A stretch of 64,000 nucleotides of DNA from an uncultured cyanobacterium (GTDB lineage Bacteria; Cyanobacteriota; Cyanobacteriia; Cyanobacteriales; CAWCAG01), in assembly GCA_963793425.1 (NCBI GenBank), contig CAWCAG010000005.1, positions 1,408,001 to 1,472,000 on the forward strand, given 5' to 3'. The translations under genes were made by a program, and so were the position numbers. The notes beneath the pieces were generated by a model. That model was given only the letters and a program-made list of their open reading frames with translations, was not told the origin of the DNA and ran no database searches. Of the stretch, positions 29,403 to 40,284 are shown one piece after another. Numbering within the stretch: the stretch's first letter is position 1; every line of letters starts with the position of its first letter.

Positions 29403-31328
29403 TTAGGGTCTGGGGAACTTAGAAGGAGAGGGAAAGTTCATCACAGGCTCGTTTTTGAGGGCTTCACTCATAAAGCGTCGCCAAATTGGTGCTGCTTGTC
29501 CACCTCCTGTAACTCCCCCTCCCATGGGGCTGTTATTGTCATTACCAATCCACACTGCTACAGAAAGTTGAGGGACATAACCCACAAACCAAACATCTCT
29601 TTCTGAGGAGGTTGTCCCAGTTTTTCCGGCTGCTGGCCTGCCTATTTGGGCTTTGGTTCCGGTTCCCCCACTAATTACCCCTGTTAAGATACTGGTAAGA
29701 GAAGCTGTTGCCCAAGGGTCGAGGATCAATTTCGGTTCTGGGGTATTATCTAACAACACAGTGCCACTACTATCAGTAACTCGGAAAATAATTGTGGGGT
29801 CAGAGTGCCAACCGTTGCTAGCAAAAGTAGCATAGGCTCCTGCCATTTCTAACGGAGTAACGCCGATAGCACCTAAAGGCAAAGACACTACTGGTTCTAA
29901 GGGGCTTTTAATTCCCAAGGCACGACAGACTTCAATTACTTTATCTAACCCTACCGCTTTACCCATTTTCACCGCCGGAACATTGGCAGACTGAATTAAG
30001 GCATTACGGATACTCATTGCTCCGGAATAACCACCACCGTAGTTTTTGGGAGAATAATAGGCCCCTCCATCTCTATATCTTACTGGAGTATCCATAACAG
30101 TAGAGTAGGGGGTGTATTTCCCGGAAGCGAAGGCAGTATAGTAAACAAAAGGTTTAAAGGAAGAACCAGGCTGACGGCGGGCTTGAATTGCTCGGTTATA
30201 CTGGCTTTTTTCGTAACTAGAGCCACCCACCAGGGCTTTAACAAAATGGGTACGGGGATCAACTGCAGCTAGGGCAATTTGGTCAGAAAAGCCGCTAACG
30301 CCACGATGAGAGCCTTGGACAACTTCCTCAGCTTTTTTCTGGAAGTTATAATCGATAGTGGTTTGAACCCGCATCCCTCCTTTCACCACAGCATCCTTAC
30401 CAAAACGTTCTGTCAATTCAGAAATGACTGCTTCTGTGATATAAGGTAGTTCAATACCTTGCCAAGCAGTGGGTTTCCCAATTAATAAGGGTTCTTTTTG
30501 GGCGGCTTCGGCTTCTTGGGTGCTAATCCACCCCAACTTTTCCATTCGCTCAAGAACTGCTGCCTGTCTACTCTTGGTGTTTTCGTATTTGATAAAAGGA
30601 CTGTATTCTTCTGGGGCTTGGATCAACCCTGCCATAACTGCTGATTCTGCTAAGTCCAACTCGGAAGCAGATTTACCAAAGTAACTTTGAGCTGCAGTTT
30701 CTACACCGTAACTATTATGTCCCCAATAAATGCCATTGAGGTACATTTCAAGAATTTGATCTTTGGTGAAAATTTGTTCTAAGCGAATCGCCAGTACAGC
30801 TTCTGCTAGTTTGCGGTTGAAGCTTCTTTCGCGGGATAAAAAGAGGTTTTTGACCAACTGCATGGTAATTGTCGAACCACCTTCGACAATACCCCCTTGA
30901 CGGTAGTTAGCAACTAAAGCCCGTCCGACACTATTGGGGTTAATCCCTTGGTGGAGGTAAAAGTGGCTATCTTCAATTGCCAATACTGCCCTTTTCAAAT
31001 TTGGGGAAATCTTCTCTAGCTTAACGACTTCACGGTTGGCTTCTCCATGAATACTAGCTAAAGATTTACCCTTAATATCATAAATATAAGTAGTTTCCGT
31101 GGGGGCATAGTTACGTAATAACCGCACATCAGGGAGGTTACGAAAGCTAACTGCTAAACCAACTAACCCTCCGGCAATAACAGAACTCCCCAACATGGTA
31201 ATGCCGAGTAAAGTTCCTCCCGTTGCCTTAACTATCCCCTTGGTAAAACTTGTGACAGGGGAAGTAGAAGGCTTTTTCTCCTTTCTCTTTTCCGGTTTTT
31301 GTTTTTGTCGAATAGTACTGGACGACAC
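29403..31328 (-). CDS. Class A penicillin-binding protein (transglycosylase/transpeptidase)
   Basis: AIEDSHF, GGSTITMQL, RQPGSSFKP, SAN, GKTGTT. Confidence 0.95.
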   Translation of the reverse strand: MSSSTIRQKQKPEKRKEKKPSTSPVTSFTKGIVKATGGTLLGITMLGSSVIAGGLVGLAVSFRNLPDVRLLRNYAPTETTYIYDIKGKSLASIHGEANREVVKLEKISPNLKRAVLAIEDSHFYLHQGINPNSVGRALVANYRQGGIVEGGSTITMQLVKNLFLSRERSFNRKLAEAVLAIRLEQIFTKDQILEMYLNGIYWGHNSYGVETAAQSYFGKSASELDLAESAVMAGLIQAPEEYSPFIKYENTKSRQAAVLERMEKLGWISTQEAEAAQKEPLLIGKPTAWQGIELPYITEAVISELTERFGKDAVVKGGMRVQTTIDYNFQKKAEEVVQGSHRGVSGFSDQIALAAVDPRTHFVKALVGGSSYEKSQYNRAIQARRQPGSSFKPFVYYTAFASGKYTPYSTVMDTPVRYRDGGAYYSPKNYGGGYSGAMSIRNALIQSANVPAVKMGKAVGLDKVIEVCRALGIKSPLEPVVSLPLGAIGVTPLEMAGAYATFASNGWHSDPTIIFRVTDSSGTVLLDNTPEPKLILDPWATASLTSILTGVISGGTGTKAQIGRPAAGKTGTTSSERDVWFVGYVPQLSVAVWIGNDNNSPMGGGVTGGGQAAPIWRRFMSEALKNEPVMNFPSPSKFPRP

Positions 31329-31713
31329 GGTGATTTCACTTCCTCACATCAGAACAAAGACTAACAGCGCTACAGTAGACAAGGGACGAAGCTTCAGGAT
31401 ATAAAATTACTCCTGAGTTAATTTGCTGTTTTGAGCGTGTAGATTACCTGATTTAATTGTTCGCTGCAAATGCTGCTTGAACCTTGGCATTTTGTAGTGC
31501 ATAGTATGGTTTGAGTATTAAGTATACAGTCCATATCCAGTAAGATAAAGGGAATTAAACTAGTAGTAGACTACAGAAGTTCAACTTCTTAAAATTTGTT
31601 TGGTCAAAAGTTAGGAAACTAGTTGCTGTTGAATTTGTTGGTACAAATGTAATAGCAAATGAGAAACCCTGCTCAACTATCCAGCTATTTTAGTTTAATT
31701 ATTTCTAATCTAA

Positions 31714-32937
31714 ATGTCTTCTTTATCTCAAAATCAAGATTTTGCTTGGCTTTATCGGGGAACTAGTGAAATTTTTCCTCATCAACCAGATAGTCAAGAT
31801 CAGAGCGAAAATTTAGTTCAACGTCTGATTGCAAGCGATCGCCCTTTGCGAGTTAAGCTAGGAATTGATCCTACTGGTACAGATTTACACTTGGGTCATA
31901 GTATACCTTTTCGCAAGTTACGAGCTTTCCAAGATGCGGGCCATACAGCCGTAGTTATCATTGGTGATTTTACGGCCCAGATTGGTGATCCAACCGGAAA
32001 ATCAAAGGTTCGGGAACAGTTAACTCCTGAGCAAGTTAAGCAAAATGCTCAAACCTATTTAGATCAACTTCATTCTGTACTTGATTTTGATCATCAGGAA
32101 CGTTTAGAAATTCGTTACAATTCTGAATGGCTAAGTAAGTTGGATATGGTCAAAATCCTAGAGCTGTTGTCTAGGATGACTGTGGGACAGATGTTAGCAA
32201 AAGAAGGATTCGCTGAACGCTACGAAAAAGAAAATCCAATTTACCTCCATGAGTTTCTTTATCCTCTGATGCAGGGCTACGATTCTGTGGCAGTGAAGGC
32301 AGATGTGGAATTGGGAGGGACTGACCAAAAATTTAATATTGCTGTGGGGCGAGACTTACAAAGGCATTTTAAACAAAAACCTCAATTTGGTTTGTTGTTA
32401 CCAATTTTGATTGGTACGGATGGGGTACAAAAAATGTCTAAATCTCTTGACAATTACGTTGGTTTAAAAGATGGCGCTTTCCGGATGTACTCTGAACTGC
32501 AAAAAGTGTCGGATGCTTTATTAAGTCAGTATTTTGAGCTGCTTACTAATTTTTCCTTAAATGAGTTACCAGAAAATCCGCGAGAATGTCAAAAGCTTTT
32601 AGCTTTAGAAGTTACTAAACAGTTTCATGGGGAAGGGGCAGCAAAACTAGCTCAAAAAGATGCTGAAAAAATAGCTCAAGGAAATACTGCTGCCGCGAAA
32701 GCAATACCAGAATATTCTTTATCGGAAGTAAAGTTTCCTGCTAAGTTATTTTACCTTTTAGGGGCAAGCGGTTTGTGTAAAAGCAGCAGCGAAGGGCGTA
32801 AAAAAGTGCAAGGGGGAGGAGTACGTTTAGAAGGAGAAAAAGTTACAGATGTTAATTTGAGTTTTGATACTCCTGAAGAGTTGGTAAATAAGGTTCTTCA
32901 GGTAGGAAAGAACAAATCTGTAAGGCTTGTTCGATGA
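31714..32937 (+). CDS. tyrS: Tyrosine--tRNA ligase
   Basis: [27 protein letters not shown]-terminal S4-like domain. Confidence 0.97.
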   Translation: MSSLSQNQDFAWLYRGTSEIFPHQPDSQDQSENLVQRLIASDRPLRVKLGIDPTGTDLHLGHSIPFRKLRAFQDAGHTAVVIIGDFTAQIGDPTGKSKVREQLTPEQVKQNAQTYLDQLHSVLDFDHQERLEIRYNSEWLSKLDMVKILELLSRMTVGQMLAKEGFAERYEKENPIYLHEFLYPLMQGYDSVAVKADVELGGTDQKFNIAVGRDLQRHFKQKPQFGLLLPILIGTDGVQKMSKSLDNYVGLKDGAFRMYSELQKVSDALLSQYFELLTNFSLNELPENPRECQKLLALEVTKQFHGEGAAKLAQKDAEKIAQGNTAAAKAIPEYSLSEVKFPAKLFYLLGASGLCKSSSEGRKKVQGGGVRLEGEKVTDVNLSFDTPEELVNKVLQVGKNKSVRLVR

Positions 32938-32985
32938 GCAATGATCAGTTAAGTCTATCTAATCATGCTATTTTTAATTCTTGAT

Positions 32986-33000
32986 AAAGAACTGTTCTTT
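32986..33000. promoter_or_regulatory. Inverted repeat, possible operator of the downstream HTH gene
   Basis: AAAGAAC-T-GTTCTTT, 17 bp before the ATG at 33018. Confidence 0.35.
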
Positions 33001-33017
33001 TAATTGTTATCCCGATT

Positions 33018-33446
33018 ATGGAAACCATCGATACAAAAAAAGCGGCCCAGATGTTAAGGGTTACTCCCAGGCGTGTACTCTATTTGCTCCAGCAAAAACG
33101 TATCCAAGGAGCTTATAAATTGGGCAAAGCTTGGGCGATTCCTTTGTATCGTGGTCAACCCAAGGTTTCTCGTGGTAAGAGAGGGCCGATGCCCCGTTGG
33201 GGTAAACCCTATTCCCCAGCAGTTAAGGTTATTTATGTTAATCGGGAAGTAATTAAAACAAACTGGAAGAAAAATGAGTTTGAACCAGTAATTAGCCTCA
33301 ATCAGAGTAATCAAACCAACATTTACGCTCATCAAGCAGATATCAAAGGCCCTTGTCGCATAATTTATAGTCGTGATAAACCCAATGATGGTGGAGCGAG
33401 GCTATGGATAGAAACTTATGGGGAGGTGGAGATGATATGCCATTGA
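33018..33446 (+). CDS. Excisionase/MerR-like HTH fused to a small phage-like domain
   Basis: IDTKKAAQMLRVTPRRVLYLLQQKRIQGAYKLGKAWAIP; C-terminal domain shared with 10826-11089. Confidence 0.75.
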   Translation: METIDTKKAAQMLRVTPRRVLYLLQQKRIQGAYKLGKAWAIPLYRGQPKVSRGKRGPMPRWGKPYSPAVKVIYVNREVIKTNWKKNEFEPVISLNQSNQTNIYAHQADIKGPCRIIYSRDKPNDGGARLWIETYGEVEMICH

Positions 33447-33512
33447 TTGAACAATAATTCCCAGTGGTAATACTTCAAGATAGAACCGACCCAAAACCTA
33501 ACAGACGCTGTT

Positions 33513-34214
33513 ATGAAATCAATTGAACGTATTATTGTCCCTTTGGATGTATCTAATCTTGAAGAGGCGATCGCCCTTGTGGAGAAATTGCCGGAAGTTG
33601 GTTTTTGGAAAGTTGGTTTAGAGTTATTTGTTAGTAGTGGTCCGGAAATTCTGTATCTACTTAAAAAACGAGACAAACGCATCTTTTTAGATTTAAAGTT
33701 TCATGACATTTCTAACACTGTAGCGGGGGCTTGTCGCGCTGCCACAAACTATGGTGTAGACTTAATCACTATCCATGCTACTGCTGGCCGTCGGGCTTTA
33801 GAAGCGGCGGTAGAAGCTTTAGGAACAGGTGATTCTCGCCCTAAATTACTAGCAATTACTTTGTTAACCAGTTTAAATTCTCGCGACCTCGCTTTTGATT
33901 TGAAAATTCCCCTAGAATTGTCGGAGTATGCTTTGCAAATGGCCTTATTAGCTAAGGAATCTGGTATTGATGGGGCAGTTTGTTCTCCTCAAGAAGTATC
34001 TCAACTAAGGCAAGTTTGCGGTCATGATTTTTTATTAGTCTGTCCTGGAGTGCGGCCAAGTTGGTCAGAAAAAGGTGATCAGAAGCGGTTTATGACCCCA
34101 GCACAAACAATTAAGGCTGGTGCTGACTTTTTGGTGATTGGTAGACCAATTACCAAAGCGGAGGAACCGACAATTGCTTTAGAAAAGATTTGTACAGAAT
34201 TAGGTAATTGCTAA
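33513..34214 (+). CDS. pyrF: Orotidine-5'-phosphate decarboxylase
   Basis: [34 protein letters not shown]. Confidence 0.97.
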   Translation: MKSIERIIVPLDVSNLEEAIALVEKLPEVGFWKVGLELFVSSGPEILYLLKKRDKRIFLDLKFHDISNTVAGACRAATNYGVDLITIHATAGRRALEAAVEALGTGDSRPKLLAITLLTSLNSRDLAFDLKIPLELSEYALQMALLAKESGIDGAVCSPQEVSQLRQVCGHDFLLVCPGVRPSWSEKGDQKRFMTPAQTIKAGADFLVIGRPITKAEEPTIALEKICTELGNC

Positions 34215-34326
34215 TTGCTATGTTGAAGTTGGTTATTGCTAGATTTACAACCGAATAAAACATAGGAGTTAGTGAACTTGCTGTAAACTGCTGTCAGCTG
34301 GATCACAAGTTCACATTCATCTACCC

Positions 34327-36053
34327 TTATTTGTTGTCCTTAGAGTTACTAATTTTACGACGTGCAATAGAACCAGCACCCATAACACCAAGAGCTAACA
34401 AACTCAATCCTGAAGAAGGTTCAGGAACAGTAGCTGATGTAATAAACCCTTGTCCATTAAGAACTTGACCGAAACCTAACAACTGAAAAGAAAATTTTCG
34501 ATTTATAGGTTGGTTAGGTTGCAAAGCTATAGTCTCCGGATTACCCAAGTCGTCCAGGATAGTTTCATCGTCATCATCTGGTAGCACCGGAATTTCTCCT
34601 AACTCATCCTCAATAATTCTGCCAATCAAACTGGCAGTTGCGGTTTTTCCTTCTAGGACGTTGAAGCTATTTCCAAAGTTAAAATCTAATCCTATTGGTG
34701 GTTGGATCATTACAGCATCTGCACTGGCTATAGGGTCACTAGTATTGGTAGTATTGACAATACTCACCTCGCGCAAAGTTTCAATTGTTTCACCAAATAT
34801 ATTAAGCTGTGGTACATCAAATGTAGTATTCAATAGCAAATCTACTGAACCTATACCAGTACCTCCTTGTATCTCTCCATTAGTAAAAGTGATTGTCCCA
34901 GCTACAAAAGCTTCACCTAAATTAGAAGCAAAATTGTTTTCGATAACGGATAAACTACTGGCGAGGGCAGGGGGATCGAAAGAAACAGGAGGATCTACAG
35001 CAACTCCCCATTCGATGCTATTAGTTCCTATACCTGTAACAGTTGCATTAGGGGAAGACTCTAAGTCTGGATTTATAAATGTTGAGCTACTGATTCCTTC
35101 TAGAGTGGTATCTTCATTAAAAAACCAATTAATATCAGGATTAAACAAAATATTGGCATTTTCATAAACTATATGATCCGTACCTGAAAGGAAACGGCCC
35201 CTCGTGATCGGGCAACTGCAAATGCAGTCTCATCAAAATCAATGACTATATCTGCATCAGCGGTCAATCCAGCATAATTAAGCAAGAACGTATAGTCATC
35301 TTCTGTCCCTGCTATTTCATCAAGTCCAGTTAAAGAATATAAGATGCCAGCTACATCATCAGCAGTTAAACTCCTTTGAGCTTCATCAGAGCGTTGTTCC
35401 TGTTGCAAAACAGCTTCAGTGCTGTTAAAATCAAGGTTTTCTCCTACATCGCGATCTGCATTAGTAGAGTAGTTACTACCGTTGGGTAAGTTGGCTATAT
35501 CTCGACTATAAGTGGTTGAGTCTACAATCCCTAAACTAGTATCAAAAGGATTGTTGTCAGCAATTCGGAAGTAATTAAGATTGACATCATCGCCCCGGAT
35601 ATCATCAGCAGAGCCAATTATGCCATCTGTTCCTGGATTAACATCAAATACACCATTATTCCCAGAGCTAGCTTGTGTGTAGTTTCGCTCATTGTCATCA
35701 ACCCCAGATTGAAAACCTAAATTAGGATGATCTAAGCCTAGAGTGTGGCCTATTTCATGTAAAACAGCCGACTCGAAGTCATACAAATTATTTGGTATAT
35801 TGTTGTTATTACCAAAAGCTAGATTGCCCGTTGTGGGATTCAGAATATTCCACGTATTTATTGCATTTATGACAGAGGTTACTGAGTTATTCGCAAATAG
35901 ACTAGTTGGATCTATACCAACATCTATTATTAAATTTCCTCCAGTACCATCGTAGCCAATTTGATGGGTTACTACATCAAAACCGTTGGCTTCTCCCGCT
36001 CCTACAAAGGCAAAAGCATCAATTCGTTTAGCTGTGCCTATTACCATTGTCAT
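34327..36053 (-). CDS. PEP-CTERM-anchored zinc metallopeptidase (matrixin-like), split by a 1-nt frameshift near 35187-35189
   Basis: HEIGHTLGLDH zinc motif in the 5' ORF; VPEPSS + hydrophobic helix + RRK in the 3' ORF. Adding one base to the 3-base run joins ..GAVSF(S)GTDHIVYENANILFNPDINW. Confidence 0.8.
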
Positions 36054-36363
36054 AGATAATAAACTGATACCTACTATTCTTAATCTCTTTAAACTCTCTG
36101 AACCAGTAAGTACATTATCTTTGATGGTAGTTTGGATTAAAGTCCTGCCTTACGAGCCTTACGTCGGAAAATTTGTCATTTCAATTCTACAACTTGAAGT
36201 TCTCTACGAATAGCTCAAACTCGTATTAACGATTTTTCAATGAAATTCCCCAAAACTATTCTCTAGTCATGTTCAGATGACTTATGCTGTAAGCCAGCGA
36301 ATTTATTCGTAGGCGGTATATTGATACCAGAGCCTATTATCAATAACGAATGTTAAATGATCA

Positions 36364-36912
36364 ATGAAAAACAGCTTATTAATTATTGGTATCATCCAAA
36401 CTTTTAACTTCTTAACTTTTTTGCCAGCCAATGCTCAAAACTCTTCTTATTCTTGCCCGGAGGATGTAGAAATTTTAACAGAAAAAATGCTAATAGATTT
36501 ACCTCATTATGCTAACCGAGTTATTCAAAGAGCGCGAAGGTTAGAGCGGGAAGTGGATTTATATAGCTATGTTCTTCTGGCAGGAAAGCCGGAGTTTGAA
36601 CCTCTTGAACTTACTCCTAATCAATATAGTTCTGTTCCTCCTATCGAAGAACAACTTGAACCGCCGGAACAAATATTTTTCACAACCTTAGAAAGGCAAT
36701 ACATTAATAATAAAGTTGAGAAAAGACAAAATTATCATTGGTTGTTTTTATCTCAAACCGAGGAAGGTTGGAGAATGTCAATGGTTTTTTCTCGCTTTGG
36801 TTCTAACCTAGAAAAACGCCCCCCAACTCCACCAAGAGAAACTAGTGATAGTGTTATTGGTCAAGCGGTTAGTTTGTGGTTGAGGGATTGTCGGGCAGGG
36901 GTTATTAAGTAA
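36364..36912 (+). CDS. Conserved cyanobacterial exported hypothetical protein
   Basis: Signal-like N-terminus; LPHYANRVIQR, FFTTLERQY, HWLFL, WLRDCRAG. Confidence 0.75.
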   Translation: MKNSLLIIGIIQTFNFLTFLPANAQNSSYSCPEDVEILTEKMLIDLPHYANRVIQRARRLEREVDLYSYVLLAGKPEFEPLELTPNQYSSVPPIEEQLEPPEQIFFTTLERQYINNKVEKRQNYHWLFLSQTEEGWRMSMVFSRFGSNLEKRPPTPPRETSDSVIGQAVSLWLRDCRAGVIK

Positions 36913-36990
36913 TAAGTAATAAGTAATAAGTAATAAGTAATAAGTAATAAGTAATAAGTAATGGGTAATGTGTAATGGGTAATGGGTTAA
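36907..36990 (+). repeat. STRR-like heptamer tandem repeat (TAATAAG)n degenerating to TAATGGG
   Basis: Directly visible. Related arrays at 40140-40176, 59823-59866 and, reverse-complemented, 37363-37389. Confidence 0.95.
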
Positions 36991-37011
36991 TATTGGAGAG
37001 GGGATAAATAA

Positions 37012-37350
37012 ATGAAAATAATTAAGTTGGGTTTGATTTCTATTTTGGTTAACTTTGCTTTTGTGGAAGCAAGTTTAGCTGATTTTAATCCTATTGATCG
37101 CTTCAACTGTAGTTATGGAGGCAAAAGACTGTATGGCAAGGTGCAAATTGTTGAGAATTTTCCTGATGTTAAAGTTAAAGTTGTGGCGGCTGATGCTGAT
37201 TTAATGGTTAAGCAAGTTCAAATTTTTCCTAGTAGATGCGGAGAATGGCAAATTGTGGATGCTTTTGCCGATTTGAGGGTTAAATTTGTGGAAAGTTCTC
37301 CTGATTTCACAGTTCAATTTGTTTACAATAGTTCTGGAATTGGTCAGTAA
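37012..37350 (+). CDS. Small secreted repeat protein, possibly of the 7_1 (septoil) knot family
   Basis: Signal peptide; LYGKVQIVENFPDVKVKVV..ADLMVKQV..FPSRCGEWQIV..FADLRVKFV..PDFTVQFV repeats. Confidence 0.6.
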   Translation: MKIIKLGLISILVNFAFVEASLADFNPIDRFNCSYGGKRLYGKVQIVENFPDVKVKVVAADADLMVKQVQIFPSRCGEWQIVDAFADLRVKFVESSPDFTVQFVYNSSGIGQ

Positions 37351-37390
37351 TATTCAGATTTCTACTTATTACTTCTTACTTATTACTTAA

Positions 37391-38149
37391 TTAAATTAAA
37401 CCTTCTAATTCTAACTCTTCAATCATCTGTAAGCCCCGTGGATCTCCTACTTTAAGAATCGCTGCTCTAGCATCTTCTTTAACCCCGACATCTTCATCTT
37501 CAACTAAAGCTTCAATTAAGGCATCCACTGCTGTAGCATAAACAACATTAGAAGGTAATTCTCGACATAACTTACCTAAAGACCAAGCACAGTTACTTCT
37601 AATCGCTGCTACAGAATCTCGTCTTAAACCTTGAATTAAAGGGGGTATCGCTTCAATGACATCTTCATATTCTAAATTAGCAACTTGACCTAAAGAACTT
37701 GCTGCCCATAAACGTACCGCAGAAATATCAGTTTTCAGTGCTTCGATTAAAGGTTGAAGAGAACGGCGATCGCGGCAGTTTCCTAAAGCCCAGACCACTC
37801 CTTTACGGACATAACCATTCCAATCCTTATTTAATTGCTTGATGAGGGCTTCTACTGCCTTAGAACTAGGATTCCGACCTAAAGCGTAAGCTGCACTAAC
37901 CCTAACGAGAGGACAAACATCCTGAAGCAAGGCAATCAATTGGGGAATAGCCCGACTATCTTTGATTTCACAAAAAGCACGGGCTGCCAACATTCGCTGG
38001 GAAGAATTTGGTGCAGAAAGCAACGCCAGCATTTTTTCAGGATTTGGCAAAGGCTTGGTTTCCGCCTCATCCACAGGTTCCATCTGGTCTAAGGGACTTT
38101 CTAGCTGGGCATCCGGATCGATTACAAGTAGCTCGTCATCATCATGCAT
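37391..38149 (-). CDS. PBS-lyase HEAT-repeat protein
   Basis: Repeats VRVSAAYALGR, VRKGVVWALGN, VRLWAASSLG. Confidence 0.9.
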   Translation of the reverse strand: MHDDDELLVIDPDAQLESPLDQMEPVDEAETKPLPNPEKMLALLSAPNSSQRMLAARAFCEIKDSRAIPQLIALLQDVCPLVRVSAAYALGRNPSSKAVEALIKQLNKDWNGYVRKGVVWALGNCRDRRSLQPLIEALKTDISAVRLWAASSLGQVANLEYEDVIEAIPPLIQGLRRDSVAAIRSNCAWSLGKLCRELPSNVVYATAVDALIEALVEDEDVGVKEDARAAILKVGDPRGLQMIEELELEGLI

Positions 38150-38196
38150 GACTACTATTTTATCTTAATGTTGCCTCAGTTTTGCGCTTATTGTCA

Positions 38197-38667
38197 CTAA
38201 AAGGCTTTGACCATTTGGAGGGAGTTGGTTTGATAGCCTAAGCGTTGATACAATTTAATTGCCACTTGGTTATTCGGGAAAACTTGTAAGCTAATTTGAT
38301 GATCCCCCCTCGAAGCTGACCATTCTTGAGCATATTCTAATAAATTAGAAGCGATACCTTGTTGACGATAGGGTGGAGATACATAAACAAGGAAAATATG
38401 GCCGTGGCGATCGCCGTTAATCTGATCAATGGTATTACCCAACCAAAGACAGGCGATGGGAGTGATTATTTCTGTTGTGATGGGCTGCACAAACCACAGA
38501 GGTGTTTGGGCAGAGAAATACTTTTCTACCGTTTCGTTTAAATGAGAAAAATCTTTTTGTTCAGGAAAAAGCTCTTGATAGGTTTGGTGCATAAACTTAA
38601 TAAGTAAAGCACGCTCAGTGCCAGTTCCAATTTTCAACTCATATCCAGGAAGTAGTTGTTCAGACAC
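38197..38667 (-). CDS. GNAT family N-acetyltransferase
   Basis: VYVSPPYRQQGIASNLL, NQVAIKLYQRLGY. Confidence 0.9.
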   Translation of the reverse strand: MSEQLLPGYELKIGTGTERALLIKFMHQTYQELFPEQKDFSHLNETVEKYFSAQTPLWFVQPITTEIITPIACLWLGNTIDQINGDRHGHIFLVYVSPPYRQQGIASNLLEYAQEWSASRGDHQISLQVFPNNQVAIKLYQRLGYQTNSLQMVKAF

Positions 38668-38833
38668 AATGAATTAAGTTAATAGCTATTTAAGGATGCG
38701 AGTTAGAACCAATTTTGAGGTAATCTTGAGAAATCAATGGGGGGCTTAGCCCCTCCTTTTAGAGGCAGAATCTTCCTTTATCTAGCTTAATTCAATCCTA
38801 CAGGCTAGAAAAGGGATTAAGGTAATCAAAACC

Positions 38834-39910
38834 ATGGGCGAACAATTTAACCAAGACAGGAACAGTAATTACGCAATCTACCGTATTTTAGATGCTAACT
38901 TAGACCGAGCCAGAGAAGGACTACGGATTATTGAAGAATGGTGTCGATTTGGACTTAATAGTAGCGAAATGGCGGCAGAATGTAAACAAATGCGCCAAGA
39001 ATTGGCTCGTTGGCACAATGCGGAATTGCGTGCAGCAAGGGATACTCCTGGGGACTTAGGAACAGAACTTTCTCACCCCCAAGAAGAACAACGGACTAGT
39101 ATTGAACAGCTACTTCAAGCGAATTTATGTCGGGTACAAGAAGCTTTGCGGGTTTTGGAAGAATATGGCAAATTATATAAACCCAAAATGGGCGCTACCT
39201 TTAAGCAAATGCGCTATCGAGTTTATACCTTAGAAAGTAATTTAATCGCTTATAAACGCCACCAACAACTCAAAAATGCTTTTTTATATTTGGTAACATC
39301 TCCTAGTGAAAAGCTTCTCCCGACTGTGGAAGCAGCACTGCAAGGAGGCTTAGCATTGGTACAGTATCGAGATAAAAATGCCGATGATACAATCCGTCTT
39401 GCTAATGCTCAAAAAATGTGCCAGTTGTGCCACAATTATGGCGCTTTGTTTATTATGAATGACAGAGTAGATTTAGCTTTAGCTGTTAATGCTGATGGGG
39501 TACATTTAGGACAACAAGATGTACCAATCACCTTAGCAAGAAAATTATTAGGACAACAACGCCTCATTGGTCGTTCCACCACTAACCCAGAAGAAATGCA
39601 ACGGGCGATCGCACAAGGAGCAGATTATATTGGTGTGGGGCCAGTTTATGAAACTCCTACCAAAGCAGGTAAAGCAGCAGCAGGACATGATTATCTACGT
39701 TATGCGGCTGAAAATGCTACAGTTCCTTGGTTTGCTATTGGGGGAATTGATACCAATAATCTTCAGGATGTTTTGCAATCTGGAGCAAAAAGAGTAGCTG
39801 TAGTGAGGGCAATTATGGAAGCGGAACAACCTACTCCCATAACTCAGTATTTTATCTCTCAACTCGCCAATAATCATCATAATCTCGTCCATCTTCTAAA
39901 CCATGACTAA
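38834..39910 (+). CDS. thiE: Thiamine-phosphate synthase (cyanobacterial long form)
   Basis: RILDANLDRAREGLR, QYRDK, NDRVD, GVHLGQQD, TPTK, AIGGI. Confidence 0.96.
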   Translation: MGEQFNQDRNSNYAIYRILDANLDRAREGLRIIEEWCRFGLNSSEMAAECKQMRQELARWHNAELRAARDTPGDLGTELSHPQEEQRTSIEQLLQANLCRVQEALRVLEEYGKLYKPKMGATFKQMRYRVYTLESNLIAYKRHQQLKNAFLYLVTSPSEKLLPTVEAALQGGLALVQYRDKNADDTIRLANAQKMCQLCHNYGALFIMNDRVDLALAVNADGVHLGQQDVPITLARKLLGQQRLIGRSTTNPEEMQRAIAQGADYIGVGPVYETPTKAGKAAAGHDYLRYAAENATVPWFAIGGIDTNNLQDVLQSGAKRVAVVRAIMEAEQPTPITQYFISQLANNHHNLVHLLNHD

Positions 39911-40124
39911 TCCTATCCCTGAAATTAATTTACAAGTTAATGGTGAAGTACAGACCTGTGATTCAGGAACGAAGTTACCTCAGTTACTTGAAAAAATGGG
40001 CTTGAATCCCCGTTTAGTAGCTGTTGAATATAATGGCGAGATTTTACACCGCCAATATTGGGCAGATACGCAAATAAAGGAAGGCGATCGCTTAGAAGTT
40101 GTCACTATTGTTGGGGGTGGCTAA
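39903..40124 (+). CDS. thiS: Sulfur carrier protein ThiS
   Basis: VNGE, VAVEYNGEI, EVVTIVGGG C-terminus; overlaps thiE. Confidence 0.96.
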   Translation: MTNPIPEINLQVNGEVQTCDSGTKLPQLLEKMGLNPRLVAVEYNGEILHRQYWADTQIKEGDRLEVVTIVGGG

Positions 40125-40136
40125 TTATTAGTTGGG

Positions 40137-40210
40137 AAAAGTAATAAGTAATAAGTAATAAGTAATAAGTAATAAGTTTAATCTATATACCATTACTTTG
40201 GACAAAGATT
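40137..40210 (+). repeat. Dispersed element: heptamer array plus conserved tail of about 35 bp, copy 1
   Basis: AAAAG(TAATAAG)n TTTAATCTATATACCATTACTTTGGACAAAGATT; near-identical to 59820-59900. Confidence 0.9.
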
Positions 40211-40284
40211 GAAAAAAATAGGGATTTTAGAGGCTGAGTGCGTGAGTCCTACACTAATACCTAAAAAAGGGAAGAATTAAAGCG

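Noticed and set aside
34292..34307. CRP-like site TGTCA-N6-TCACA
   Set aside because: Lies between convergent gene ends rather than in a promoter, and has a mismatch
34661..35167. 168-aa plus-strand ORF, and the other short ORFs antisense to or nested in rodA, cimA, uvrB, the PBP, rtcB, pheS and the WD40 gene
   Set aside because: Shadow frames of well-supported genes, with no recognisable motifs
36907..36990. Tandem arrays as a CRISPR locus
   Set aside because: Pure 7-bp tandem repeats with no unique spacers; no cas genes in the window
38735..38770. GGGGCTTAGCCCC palindrome upstream of thiE as a TPP riboswitch or IS end
   Set aside because: I could not identify the conserved TPP riboswitch core, and the hairpin is too short to assign
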